Below, in pieces: positions 29,971 through 38,873 of a stretch of 64,000 nt of DNA. Under the pieces are notes generated by a model. The model had not been told where the DNA came from and made no database searches. It saw nothing but the letters and a program-made list of their open reading frames with translations. Numbering within the stretch: the stretch's first letter is position 1; each line of letters begins with the position of its first letter. This stretch comes from an uncultured Candidatus Saccharibacteria bacterium (GTDB lineage: Bacteria; Patescibacteriota; Minisyncoccia; Phycocordibacterales; DATDWN01), in NCBI GenBank assembly GCA_964608465.1, contig CAZSNI010000001.1, positions 16,215-80,214 of the forward strand, in the 5' to 3' direction. A program made the translations under genes and the position numbers.

Positions 29971-30107
29971 TAAATAGTGTTTTTCAGAGCCTCCGCAGGC
30001 CGAAAGCATGGTTCCGTCAAGGCACCCCGTTCTTGACGGATTTGGCCGAGGACTAGCTAAAAAGACCCGCTGGGGTCTTTTTAGGAAGCGATGAAAAATA
30101 CTATTTA
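29971..30107. repeat. Palindromic structured element, copy 2
   Basis: 16-bp inverted repeat (one G-T pair) around a core shared with 1131-1280. Confidence 0.85.
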
Positions 30108-30111
30108 GATA

Positions 30112-30798
30112 TTACTTCACTGAGACGGTTTTCATGATAACAGGCTGTACAGGCTTATCATTCGCTCCAGTCTGCACATTTGCTATCTTATCTACAACAT
30201 CCTGTCCCTCAACGACTTTACCGAAAATAGTATAAGCGTTTGGTAGTGGGTAGTCAGCATGCATTATGAAAAACTGACTGCCGTTTGTATTTGGACCTGC
30301 GTTCGCCATAGCAACTACACCTTTTTTATACCCTGCCTTATATGAAGCTGTGTTTGGGTTTAGTTCATCTTCAAACTTGTAACCAGGACCACCTGTTCCG
30401 TTTCCACTTGGGTCTCCACCTTGAATCATAAAACCTTTTATAACTCGGTGAAATGTAAGTCCGTTATAAAAACCTTTGTCAGCTAGTGTTACAAAGTTCT
30501 TCACTGTGTTTGGTGCATCCTCGTTGTAAGTTTCAAAAACTATTTTTCCGTAATTTGTTTCTAATGTGATCATGTTTGTTTTTTTGTTTGGGCTAATTGT
30601 ATTTGTTGTATTTGTGTTTGTAGTTGTATTTCCTTCTGGTGGCAAAGTGCCATCTTCGAAAACTGGTGTGGTTGTAGAGTACTCAAGCAAAGTATCATCC
30701 AAACCTGGGTCTACTACTTTTTTATCTTCCTTAAACAAATAATATCCTCCAACTATTACTAAACCTGTTACTATAAATCCCAATAATAAATTTTTCAT
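30112..30798 (-). CDS. Cyclophilin-type peptidyl-prolyl isomerase with TM anchor
   Basis: FHRVIKGFMIQGGDP, AMANAGPNTNGSQFFI. Confidence 0.93.
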   Translation of the reverse strand: MKNLLLGFIVTGLVIVGGYYLFKEDKKVVDPGLDDTLLEYSTTTPVFEDGTLPPEGNTTTNTNTTNTISPNKKTNMITLETNYGKIVFETYNEDAPNTVKNFVTLADKGFYNGLTFHRVIKGFMIQGGDPSGNGTGGPGYKFEDELNPNTASYKAGYKKGVVAMANAGPNTNGSQFFIMHADYPLPNAYTIFGKVVEGQDVVDKIANVQTGANDKPVQPVIMKTVSVK

Positions 30799-30918
30799 AA
30801 AAAGAAGTTTAACATAAAAATAAAAGGAAACCACTTTTTATCGCATCCCCTAATATTGACTATACTGAAAAAATAATTAGACTATATTTTGGACAAATTT
30901 CAAGGAGTCGCAAGACGC

Positions 30919-31431
30919 ATGAACAGACACGAAGTAATCAGGGCGTTCACCGAACTCGATCGCGAAGCGTTCGGGGACAAGATGCTCAAGTCGCTCGGCC
31001 TCACGGAGCGGGAACTCGAACTTCTCTTGGGGGCACTCAACGCTGTCCCCGATGACAGCTTCGAAATCCCGAACTTCAACGGCCTCGCGAAGAAGCTCAA
31101 GATCAGCAACCCACTCATCCAGATGCTCAAGAAGAAGGGCTACGTCAAGAACGGCTCTGGTCGTGGGAAGTGGGAGGTGACCGAAGGCGGGCTGAAGAAG
31201 ATGGCCAAGTCGATGCAGGTGTCGATCGATGGTGGCGAGAGAATGCCGCCGCCGGAAGTCGTCGAGCTGGAAGACGAGACTCTCCTCTGGCAGAAGTACC
31301 CCATCGACGGCATGACCCTCACGCAGATCGCTGACCGACTCAACGACATCGACAAGTCGGTCGCCGATCTCCTCGCTGAAAAGCGAGCGGTGCAGGGACA
31401 GCTTCGCAAGATGGCGACTCCGATGATGTAG
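30919..31431 (+). CDS. Winged-helix-like protein with C-terminal coiled coil (GC-rich unit E)
   Basis: Strong G/C third-position bias; AAGGAG upstream; TTGACT-N16-TAGACT; LKKKGYV..GKWEVTEGG wing pattern. Confidence 0.7.
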   Translation: MNRHEVIRAFTELDREAFGDKMLKSLGLTERELELLLGALNAVPDDSFEIPNFNGLAKKLKISNPLIQMLKKKGYVKNGSGRGKWEVTEGGLKKMAKSMQVSIDGGERMPPPEVVELEDETLLWQKYPIDGMTLTQIADRLNDIDKSVADLLAEKRAVQGQLRKMATPMM

Positions 31432-31456
31432 GGAGACAACCCAAGAAAAATCGAAA

Positions 31457-31490
31457 AGGGACTGACAACGCTCGCGCGTTGCCAGTCCCT
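31457..31490. terminator. GC hairpin between convergent units E and F
   Basis: AGGGACTGACAACGC-TCGC-GCGTTGCCAGTCCCT. Confidence 0.65.
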
Positions 31491-31510
31491 CGTTCGTCTC
31501 GAAAGACTTC

Positions 31511-32857
31511 TTACAGATCACTCTCTTTGTACTTGTAACCAGCCGCCTCCAATCTTCTCCAGACTCTAGCGACAACCCTCTTTACGTTATCCTCGCTAAA
31601 GCCAAAATGTTTCGCGGTTTGTGAAAGCCCCTTACATGCTACGTCTGAACGACCGTAGTACGTCAGGAAAACTTCCTGTTCGACGATTGATAAGGGCTGC
31701 AACTTAGCGCCCAGTGAGCGGTAAACCTCGTCGTCCTTTTTTACGGGACTAATAGGTTTCGATTCTCTTGTGACTTCCGGAGCCAGTTCCGCAACAGAAA
31801 CATGATTACTCGGTTCTGGAACGTATGAGGCGAGTTCCTTGAGTTCGTTGAGACCTCTCACGAAGTCCCGCATCTCTCCCTTTCCCATCCTCAAGTAACC
31901 AAGAACCTTGTACTCGATCTGCCTGATGCGTTCCCGGGTAAGAGCAAACCTCTGCCCAACTTCTTCAAGTATTTTGGGATCAAAGGTTCCATCATCCAGA
32001 CCATAAAGCGCAAAGAATTTCTCAGCGTGTTTTGGTACAACACGCAGGACCTTTGCTTTTATGTTCTCCAACTTGAGCATTGCAACCTCGAGCTCCATCC
32101 GAGCCTCGACAGCTACAGCATCACTGTTGTGTCCGACGTCAGCGATAAAGTCGTTTATCACGACCTCTTCGCCATCTTTAGAAGTCCACACCGGCGTTTC
32201 CAATGACGAATCCCCATTAACAAGTTTCGCCCTTCTAACCTTCGCCAGTTTCGACTTACTCCAACCTAACGACGACATTGCTTCGTCATCGTCAGGTTTT
32301 GTACCACTCCCACCTTCGATGTTTCTCTCGAACCTCACAAGCTTTACCACATCACTGTACATGTGCTGTGGCAAACGAATGTTTCTCGAGGTGTTCGCCA
32401 AGGCGCGAGATATTGCCTGTCGTATCCACCACGTGGCATAAGTCGAGAACTTGAAACCTCTTTCCGCTTCAAATTTATCAACTGCCAACATGAGGCCAAT
32501 GTTTCCCTCCTGAATCAAATCCAGGAATTCCAAACCCCAATTGCCATACTTTCTGGCAATACTTACCACAAGTCGAAGGTTATGTCTTATCAACCTCTCC
32601 TTGAGTTTGGGGTCTCTAGTTGTTTGATACTCAGTGAACAACCTCACCTCTTCTGCTTTTTTGAGCAAAGGAAGTTCACCAGCCTCAACGAGGTAACGAT
32701 GAACGATATCATGTGGTTCTTTTGAAACCACGACGTTATCGTCAACATCTTCATCCACATCGAGTAGTTCCCAGACTTTCTCAGCCGGGATCTTGTCCAA
32801 ATCCTCTTCCAAATCATCGGGAGAGGAATAGTCTACTACGGCATCTGCCTCTGACAT
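31511..32857 (-). CDS. RpoD-like sigma70 factor with extra C-terminal region-4-like domain (unit F)
   Basis: [54 protein letters not shown]; SD GGAGG. Confidence 0.9.
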   Translation of the reverse strand: MSEADAVVDYSSPDDLEEDLDKIPAEKVWELLDVDEDVDDNVVVSKEPHDIVHRYLVEAGELPLLKKAEEVRLFTEYQTTRDPKLKERLIRHNLRLVVSIARKYGNWGLEFLDLIQEGNIGLMLAVDKFEAERGFKFSTYATWWIRQAISRALANTSRNIRLPQHMYSDVVKLVRFERNIEGGSGTKPDDDEAMSSLGWSKSKLAKVRRAKLVNGDSSLETPVWTSKDGEEVVINDFIADVGHNSDAVAVEARMELEVAMLKLENIKAKVLRVVPKHAEKFFALYGLDDGTFDPKILEEVGQRFALTRERIRQIEYKVLGYLRMGKGEMRDFVRGLNELKELASYVPEPSNHVSVAELAPEVTRESKPISPVKKDDEVYRSLGAKLQPLSIVEQEVFLTYYGRSDVACKGLSQTAKHFGFSEDNVKRVVARVWRRLEAAGYKYKESDL

Positions 32858-32911
32858 GTCCCCTCCGTTTTCAAGTTACTTTTGAGTCCGCGACTGATTA
32901 TACATATAATC

Positions 32912-33841
32912 TTAATTTATTCCACAAAGTTTTTTGAGCTCTACAATATCGCTTGCAGTAGCTTTCTCGTTGTAGCCGTTGTTTAGGCGGTACATTATAG
33001 CTTTTGGATCTTCTATGTGATCTAGGCCAAGTGCGTGCCCAAGTTCGTGGGCCAAAACACGAACAAGCTTTGTTCTGTTATCAAACTGATAAATATCTAT
33101 CCTGCGTCCAGTAGAGTCACTAGTGAAACTACCCTCCTCAAACTCCCCACCCAAACTTCGCCCAATTGTGTTGAACTCTTTAACGTTCAAATTCAAATTT
33201 CCCGCCAAAGTGTTTAGAGTTTTTGTCATTTGGTTTATAGCAGAAACTTGTGAGCTCAAATTTTCCTGCATTTGGTTTATTGAAGCAATCTCTTGATTCA
33301 GATAATTCTTTTCTGTGTTTAGCCTTTCAACTGTTTGCTTGTTGGCACCACCCCTACTGTTTATCAGACTCACCTCTGACTCATATGCTTTTTTACGCGC
33401 CTCAAATTTAGAAACTTTTGTATCAAAAGTTGCCTTGGTTTGGTTGTACAAACTGAGCATCGAATTGTACTTCGCTTTTAGATTGTCGTATGAAGCTCTA
33501 CTACTTTCCACCTCAACACCTATTTCCTTCAACTGCAGAGTGGACTCCTGTCTTTCGTCAAAGATGAGGTTTATCTTCAAGTCCCCATCTGCTTTATATT
33601 TAAATAAATCTTTTCCTACAGTCGTTTCCCACAAACTTTCAGCATCTTGCAGAATATTTAGAAACTCATCTTCGCTTAATCCAAACTCTGTATCAAATTC
33701 TCCAAGTGAATAAGCGATTGGGGATCTACAAGGAAAATATGTATGGTAAGACTGCAACCAAATGTTACGCAAAGTATCCTGGTATATGTATACCGCAAAA
33801 ACTACTGCTCCTAAAAAAAGTATGTTGAAAATTCTATTCAC
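32912..33841 (-). CDS. Matrixin-like (M10) zinc metalloprotease with coiled-coil insert
   Basis: HELGHALGLDH..AIM Met-turn; N-terminal TM. Confidence 0.88.
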   Translation of the reverse strand: MNRIFNILFLGAVVFAVYIYQDTLRNIWLQSYHTYFPCRSPIAYSLGEFDTEFGLSEDEFLNILQDAESLWETTVGKDLFKYKADGDLKINLIFDERQESTLQLKEIGVEVESSRASYDNLKAKYNSMLSLYNQTKATFDTKVSKFEARKKAYESEVSLINSRGGANKQTVERLNTEKNYLNQEIASINQMQENLSSQVSAINQMTKTLNTLAGNLNLNVKEFNTIGRSLGGEFEEGSFTSDSTGRRIDIYQFDNRTKLVRVLAHELGHALGLDHIEDPKAIMYRLNNGYNEKATASDIVELKKLCGIN

Positions 33842-33845
33842 GATT

Positions 33846-34301
33846 TTAGTTTTCTCTTTCAGAGATTTCTTTTATTTTCTCTATCGCTTTTGGCCACATC
33901 TCTCCAAACATTTCCTCGTATTGGTCCTCTATATCTTGCATTAGAATAAACTTTGAACCTTCACCATCTTTTTCTATAGTGTAGTTCTCGTATGCTGGAG
34001 CCCATGCCTTTACCGCATCGCTAGTAGTATCCACTACACCGTTTTGCATATAACCCAAGTGTCGTATAGAAACATACTCTGGTTTTCTACTTTCTGCTAT
34101 TTCAGAAACCATTCCACCTTTTTCTCCTTTTTCATCTACTCCTACAAAGTTTATCTTATCCCCAGTATTCCACCCTCCTTCAAAGTAAGATGTAGGTTGA
34201 AACACAGACGTCCATTCTCTGTATTTTTTGTCGTCAGTTATTGTGTCCCAAACTTTTTCCTGACTAGCATTTATGTGTATTTCTAAATTTAATTTTTTCA
34301 T
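33846..34301 (-). CDS. SRPBCC (AHSA1-like) domain protein
   Basis: IHINASQEKVWD..W..WPKAIEKIKEISE. Confidence 0.85.
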   Translation of the reverse strand: MKKLNLEIHINASQEKVWDTITDDKKYREWTSVFQPTSYFEGGWNTGDKINFVGVDEKGEKGGMVSEIAESRKPEYVSIRHLGYMQNGVVDTTSDAVKAWAPAYENYTIEKDGEGSKFILMQDIEDQYEEMFGEMWPKAIEKIKEISEREN

Positions 34302-34324
34302 ATTATTTTTGATTAAATATAATT

Positions 34325-34915
34325 TTATTCACAAACAGCATTTACATCATTTTTATATGTTTCAGTCACAAAACCTAAATTATTTGTACACCAAAACTTT
34401 CCGGCTCCAGACGTCACTGAAAGATTGTATTCGTATTGCGAACTATCGCACTTGATTTCAACATTCGGAGTAGCTCGCAAATCAGCATAAACCTTGGCGA
34501 GTGGATCTGTTTTTGCATTACACATATCTTTATAACTATTTTTGTTCGACTTATAGTAAGTCTCTGCATTTGCCCTGAAGCCATAAATATACGAGCGAAT
34601 AAATGCTTCTTCCTTGTCCTCGGGTGGAAGTGTGGGAAGCATAACAGGTTCAGTTATATCACTATTATATGACGCTCTATAAATGCCCTGCATTATAAGT
34701 GATGGCAAAAAAAGCATTGCAACAATAGCTATCAATATACTAGATACCTTTGTTCCCTTTCCGGACCCTGAAACTGCAGCACTGGGTATACCAGTTATGC
34801 CAGCAGAAATCTCTGCCTCACTCCAGCCTCCACCACGCAAATCCTGCGCTATCTGCGCATCTGGCTTTCCTGCCAGTCTCGCAGCATCTACATATTTTTT
34901 TACTTCTGGGTTCAT
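34325..34915 (-). CDS. Membrane protein with pilin-like extracellular domain
   Basis: N-terminal helical motif, one TM, AETYY..SY..C..C..WC..C. Confidence 0.55.
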   Translation of the reverse strand: MNPEVKKYVDAARLAGKPDAQIAQDLRGGGWSEAEISAGITGIPSAAVSGSGKGTKVSSILIAIVAMLFLPSLIMQGIYRASYNSDITEPVMLPTLPPEDKEEAFIRSYIYGFRANAETYYKSNKNSYKDMCNAKTDPLAKVYADLRATPNVEIKCDSSQYEYNLSVTSGAGKFWCTNNLGFVTETYKNDVNAVCE

Positions 34916-34954
34916 ATTTTTATTTATACAATTTAATTATTCTAGTATATTGAG

Positions 34955-35347
34955 CTACTTTACTCGAACAAGCTTCCCTTTCATCTTAACTATATTTTTA
35001 TAATCCCACTGTATGAGTTTACTTTTTTTAAGCCATCTCTTTAAATATTTTTCATTTACCTCATTTACATTGTTGTAAATAATCCGCGCGTCTTTAAACC
35101 TTCCCTTACTTGGAACAAGTAAAGGTTCATCAAAATCCCTTCCACTCCAAAACATAAGACTAATCCCCGCTTTGAGTTTTGAATAGCCCACTATTGGGTT
35201 ACCCTCCAAAAACCAAACCGCTGTCCTGTGCCATACTTTATTTTCTGCCTTTGGTAATCCAGCATCTATTTCTTTTGCCAAAAGGTTACATATCTTTTTA
35301 TCTGACACAGACATCTTTTCGTTGTACTCTCTAATTTCAGTATTCAT
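34955..35347 (-). CDS. DUF1801 family protein
   Basis: AENKVWH..VWFLEGNPIVGYSKLK..LMFWSG. Confidence 0.8.
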   Translation of the reverse strand: MNTEIREYNEKMSVSDKKICNLLAKEIDAGLPKAENKVWHRTAVWFLEGNPIVGYSKLKAGISLMFWSGRDFDEPLLVPSKGRFKDARIIYNNVNEVNEKYLKRWLKKSKLIQWDYKNIVKMKGKLVRVK

Positions 35348-35360
35348 AATTTTATATAGA

Positions 35361-35774
35361 TTAACTATTCTCTACGTGCTTTTTAAAATTGTTCATGAAT
35401 GCCTGCCAACCAGATCTCTGCAACTCCTCAGAGTTTTCATTTTCCATTTCAAATTCTTCTACAACTTTTACAGAACCATCTCCGATCTTTTGGAAATCAA
35501 CAGAAACTGTTCTTCCGTCATCCAATGTAAACTCTATTTTTTCCATAGGAACTACATTTGTATATACACCAGTGAAATCAAAGCCGGATGACCCGTCCTT
35601 TGCTGACAATCGTGTTAGAAACCTTCCTCCTGTTTTTAAATCATTTTCTGCGTGTGGCGCTTCCCAAGTTTCATCGGCAAAAGCCCACTTTGTAATATGT
35701 TCTGGACTAGTCCAGAATTCCCACACTTTTTCCATACCAGCGTTAATCACCGCCTCAACTGTTATTTTTTTCAT
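35361..35774 (-). CDS. SRPBCC family protein
   Basis: KVWEFWTSPEHITKW..DGSSGFDFTG..QRSGWQ. Confidence 0.85.
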   Translation of the reverse strand: MKKITVEAVINAGMEKVWEFWTSPEHITKWAFADETWEAPHAENDLKTGGRFLTRLSAKDGSSGFDFTGVYTNVVPMEKIEFTLDDGRTVSVDFQKIGDGSVKVVEEFEMENENSEELQRSGWQAFMNNFKKHVENS

Positions 35775-35839
35775 ATAGACCATATTGTACCAAAAATCGG
35801 CTTGGATATTAAATAGAATAAAGTCTATAATAAATACCG

Positions 35840-36271
35840 ATGAATACTTTTTTTAATAAGTTTGGTTTTGTTACTTGGCAACTTCCTGGAATATTTCTTC
35901 TTACAATAGCTTTCTGGCTAAACGGGATTCGTATAGTAAAAATAATGAACTACTATTCATTCTGGGGAGGCGTTGGAAGTATTATTATTTACGTACTCAG
36001 TTTCCCTGTCGCTTTTCTTGCAATAAAAGCTGTAAGCAAAATTTTGAAACTAACAGAGAAACAAGTGTATCCAGCTATCATTTTAATAGTATCGCTGGTT
36101 GGACTACTACATGGAGTAGCTCTTACATATAAACCAGAAATGTACCGAGCCACTGGTGAGTCGCTTATATTTGCGACTGCATGGATTATTTGGTTCTGTG
36201 GCGCAACCATACTCACATTGTTTTACATTCAACAAAAAGATTCTCCCTCAGAGAAAATTAATCAAAGTTAA
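35840..36271 (+). CDS. Four-TM membrane protein
   Basis: 143-aa hydrophobic ORF; TATAAT upstream. Confidence 0.7.
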   Translation: MNTFFNKFGFVTWQLPGIFLLTIAFWLNGIRIVKIMNYYSFWGGVGSIIIYVLSFPVAFLAIKAVSKILKLTEKQVYPAIILIVSLVGLLHGVALTYKPEMYRATGESLIFATAWIIWFCGATILTLFYIQQKDSPSEKINQS

Positions 36272-36304
36272 AAACGGCGCCGGGGTGTAAACCCTGACGC
36301 CGTT
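36271..36304 (-). terminator. Terminator of unit G
   Basis: AACGGCGTCAGGG-TTTACA-CCCCGGCGCCGTT-TTT on the minus strand. Confidence 0.65.
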
Positions 36305-36324
36305 CCGGCTTGGTGCGAACTGGA

Positions 36325-36486
36325 CTAAATCTTCCAGATCGCGTGCTCGTAGCCGTTGTTGGCGGGAACGACCTTGGTCGCTTCCACACCGTGGCCCGTG
36401 CTGGGCTGGCCGAAGTTCTTGTCCATGTAGGACAGGATGCCGACGACCAGCACACACACAACCACAAACAGAACGTTATCTCGCAA
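36325..36486 (-). CDS. 53-aa TM/secreted peptide missing from the ORF track (GC-rich unit G)
   Basis: AAGGAG-N7-TTG; MRDNVLFVVVCVLVVGILSYMDKNFGQPSTGHGVEATKVVPANNGYEHAIWKI; codons mostly end in G/C. Confidence 0.7.
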   Translation of the reverse strand: MRDNVLFVVVCVLVVGILSYMDKNFGQPSTGHGVEATKVVPANNGYEHAIWKI

Positions 36487-36510
36487 TACCTGTCTCCTTG
36501 AAAGACGTTT

Positions 36511-36543
36511 GTAGTATTATAGCACATAATACTACTTTGTCAA
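36511..36543 (-). promoter_or_regulatory. Consensus promoter TTGACA-N16-TATAAT overlapped by a 10-bp palindrome
   Basis: GTAGTATTAT-AGCAC-ATAATACTAC at 36511-36535. Confidence 0.7.
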
Positions 36544-36567
36544 CTTTTCACTATGAATATCCTCTGG

Positions 36568-37281
36568 CTAATTATTCCCCCAGCCTCTTCCACTTCCGCC
36601 TGAACCATTTTCTTTCGGTGACGCTATTATACTTTCATACTCCTGTTCTGTTATGTATTCTGGCTTATATGTAACTCCTCGTGACTTCAACTGAGAAACA
36701 AAAGACCTCAAGTGGTTTCTAGATCCTCGCATCAAATTTTCATATACCAGTTTTATATCCTCGTTGTCTGTTTTAGAAATATTATTTTGTAAGTCCATTA
36801 TGTCCAGGTCTTCAATAAACGCACCAACAGACAGCGCTTCTTCTACAGAAACTTCTCCTCGTTTTACTAGATCATCAAAAAGTTTTTTCAATTCTGCATT
36901 TACAAACACTCCCACCGTATCGTTAGTTACCGGATCTTTAATATTGTATTTCACAAGTATCGCTCGCACAGCTTCGGTGTGAGTTTGTTCACTTTGTGAA
37001 ATGTTTGAAAATATTGGCACTCCCCACTTTTCAAATAATGTTATGTACACATCTCGCGCCAGCTTCTCCTCCTCTCGCATATATAGTAGCCCTTGTTTTT
37101 CATCTTCTGATATAGCTTGTGTAGGCAGAGCACTTACTCCAGGTCTTACTGACAAGAAATCCGAAGGCAACGGCACACTATCCGATGCCTGGTCCACATC
37201 AGCACTATTTTGCTTAGTAAACACATACGCTGAGGTTAATAAAACCACAAGAATTATGATAATTTTGGTTGTTGTTTTCAT
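36568..37281 (-). CDS. DUF2202 ferritin-like protein
   Basis: MREEEKLARDVY, SEQTH, IEDLDI, GSRNHLRSF. Confidence 0.88.
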   Translation of the reverse strand: MKTTTKIIIILVVLLTSAYVFTKQNSADVDQASDSVPLPSDFLSVRPGVSALPTQAISEDEKQGLLYMREEEKLARDVYITLFEKWGVPIFSNISQSEQTHTEAVRAILVKYNIKDPVTNDTVGVFVNAELKKLFDDLVKRGEVSVEEALSVGAFIEDLDIMDLQNNISKTDNEDIKLVYENLMRGSRNHLRSFVSQLKSRGVTYKPEYITEQEYESIIASPKENGSGGSGRGWGNN

Positions 37282-37297
37282 ACCTACATTATACCAC

Positions 37298-38530
37298 TTA
37301 TAGGAAAAGTAAGTCGCGGTCGAGATCATCGGAGTCTGTGCCAAGAGTTTTAGTTTTTATTGCTTTGTCGGTGCTACCTAGATGCACCACACCTTTGCCG
37401 AACTTTTTTTCTAGATTGTCTATCTGTTTGTGTATGGTTTCAAACTTCGTGGTTTTTTCTATTGTGCCAAACAAGTCCCCTTGTTTTACATCTTCTGGTT
37501 CAAGCTCGTGCAAAGTGACTCCGGTGGTGCGATACAGCACACCCGCACGCCAAAGTTTAGGCAAATGGAACTTCGCAATGCTGACCAGAGTTTCTGGTGC
37601 GTTTGAGGGTGTTGTCAGCGCAACTGTGTGTGAGAAATATTTGAAATCTTTTGTTTTCAAAAAGAAAGAAAACTTTTTTGGCACGAGGTTAAAGTAGCGA
37701 GCTTTGCGACAAGCTTCTTCTGTGTGTTTGGATATCTGCGACATGAGAAATGTCTTGTCGTTCGTATTGGGGTGAAACGAGCGAGTTTTCTGGACTGACG
37801 AGTAAGTTGTTTTTGGTTTTGGATCAACATTGTGGACACAGACACCGTTTAACTCCAGCCATATTTCTATATATGGTTTTGAAAAGTTGTCACGAACCCA
37901 TGTCATATCTTTGCTGGCAAAATCCTGTGCTGTTTTTATTCCGCGGTGTACCAAGTTTTCTCCAGTACGAGGACCAATCCCCCAGATTTTATCTATTGCT
38001 GTTTGCGAAAGGAACTCTGAAATGTTTTCTTTTTCTATTATTGTTAGTCCATCTGGCTTTTTCCATTTGGATGCAACTTTTGCCAAAACTTTTGTGGGAG
38101 CGAGTCCAATAGAAACAGAAAGTCCAAGCTCCTCCGTCACTTCTTTTTTTATTCTCTCGGCGATTTGTCTGTATGACATGTACAGCGGTTTATCGAGTCC
38201 AGTCAGATCTGCAAAACATTCATCTATGCTGTATTCCTCCACATCGTCGGCGTATCTGCGAACGATATCAAACATTTTTTCGGAATACATTACGTATGAG
38301 GCGTAGTCACCAGGCAAAACCAAAACTGTCGGGAAATTTTTCTTCACACGGAAAATAGGCATACCTCGTGTTATGCCGAGAGCTTTGGCTTCGTATGAAA
38401 GTGCAGAAACAATCCCACGCTCCTGCCCGGTCACAACTGGAAGTCCTTTTAGTTTCGGATTTTTCGCCACCTCGCATCCGACAAAAAAGGCATCCCCATC
38501 CATATGAAAAATTACCCTATTCCGTTTCAC
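37298..38530 (-). CDS. dinB: Y-family DNA polymerase IV
   Basis: HMDGDAFF, SYEAK, YSIDE, LAKVAS..KPDG; GTG start inferred. Confidence 0.92.
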   Translation of the reverse strand: MKRNRVIFHMDGDAFFVGCEVAKNPKLKGLPVVTGQERGIVSALSYEAKALGITRGMPIFRVKKNFPTVLVLPGDYASYVMYSEKMFDIVRRYADDVEEYSIDECFADLTGLDKPLYMSYRQIAERIKKEVTEELGLSVSIGLAPTKVLAKVASKWKKPDGLTIIEKENISEFLSQTAIDKIWGIGPRTGENLVHRGIKTAQDFASKDMTWVRDNFSKPYIEIWLELNGVCVHNVDPKPKTTYSSVQKTRSFHPNTNDKTFLMSQISKHTEEACRKARYFNLVPKKFSFFLKTKDFKYFSHTVALTTPSNAPETLVSIAKFHLPKLWRAGVLYRTTGVTLHELEPEDVKQGDLFGTIEKTTKFETIHKQIDNLEKKFGKGVVHLGSTDKAIKTKTLGTDSDDLDRDLLFL

Positions 38531-38542
38531 CCCTATATTATA

Positions 38543-38562
38543 CAGTGAACTATAGTTCACTG
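38543..38562. promoter_or_regulatory. Putative LexA (SOS) operator
   Basis: Perfect palindrome CAGTGAAC-TATA-GTTCACTG abutting the dinB TATAAT. Confidence 0.65.
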
Positions 38563-38587
38563 ATACAAGAGGTCCCCTGCCGAGAAG

Positions 38588-38806
38588 TTAAAACAATATT
38601 CCCCACCATTTAAAATACGACCAAACCCCGGCCCAAATTAAAATAACTGCCGTTAATACATATGCTATGAACCATTCTATTTTTGGAGGGATTTCAATGC
38701 CCATCTTTTCGCATAATTTAAATATTAAAAATCGAAGTGTCCAATGAGTGACACTTCCGATCATACTGTTTATCTGAGATATGACGCCTCGATTTTTACG
38801 ACTCAT
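38588..38806 (-). CDS. Small membrane protein
   Basis: 72-aa ORF with C-terminal TM. Confidence 0.55.
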   Translation of the reverse strand: MSRKNRGVISQINSMIGSVTHWTLRFLIFKLCEKMGIEIPPKIEWFIAYVLTAVILIWAGVWSYFKWWGILF

Positions 38807-38873
38807 AGCGAAAGATTACAGTAGGATAAGCCTATTGGTCAAATAATAGGTATAGGAGTAAAATTAGTGGCAT

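Noticed and set aside
30877-31575. 232-aa minus-strand ORF over unit E
   Set aside because: Antisense shadow of a GC3-biased gene; SD, promoter and codon bias support the + strand
32912-35783. Run of co-oriented small accessory genes as an integron cassette array
   Set aside because: Spacers are short and AT-rich, with no attC-like hairpins and no integrase
36248-36527. Three overlapping ORF-track frames at unit G
   Set aside because: They lack SD support and codon bias; the 53-aa frame 36325-36486 fits both
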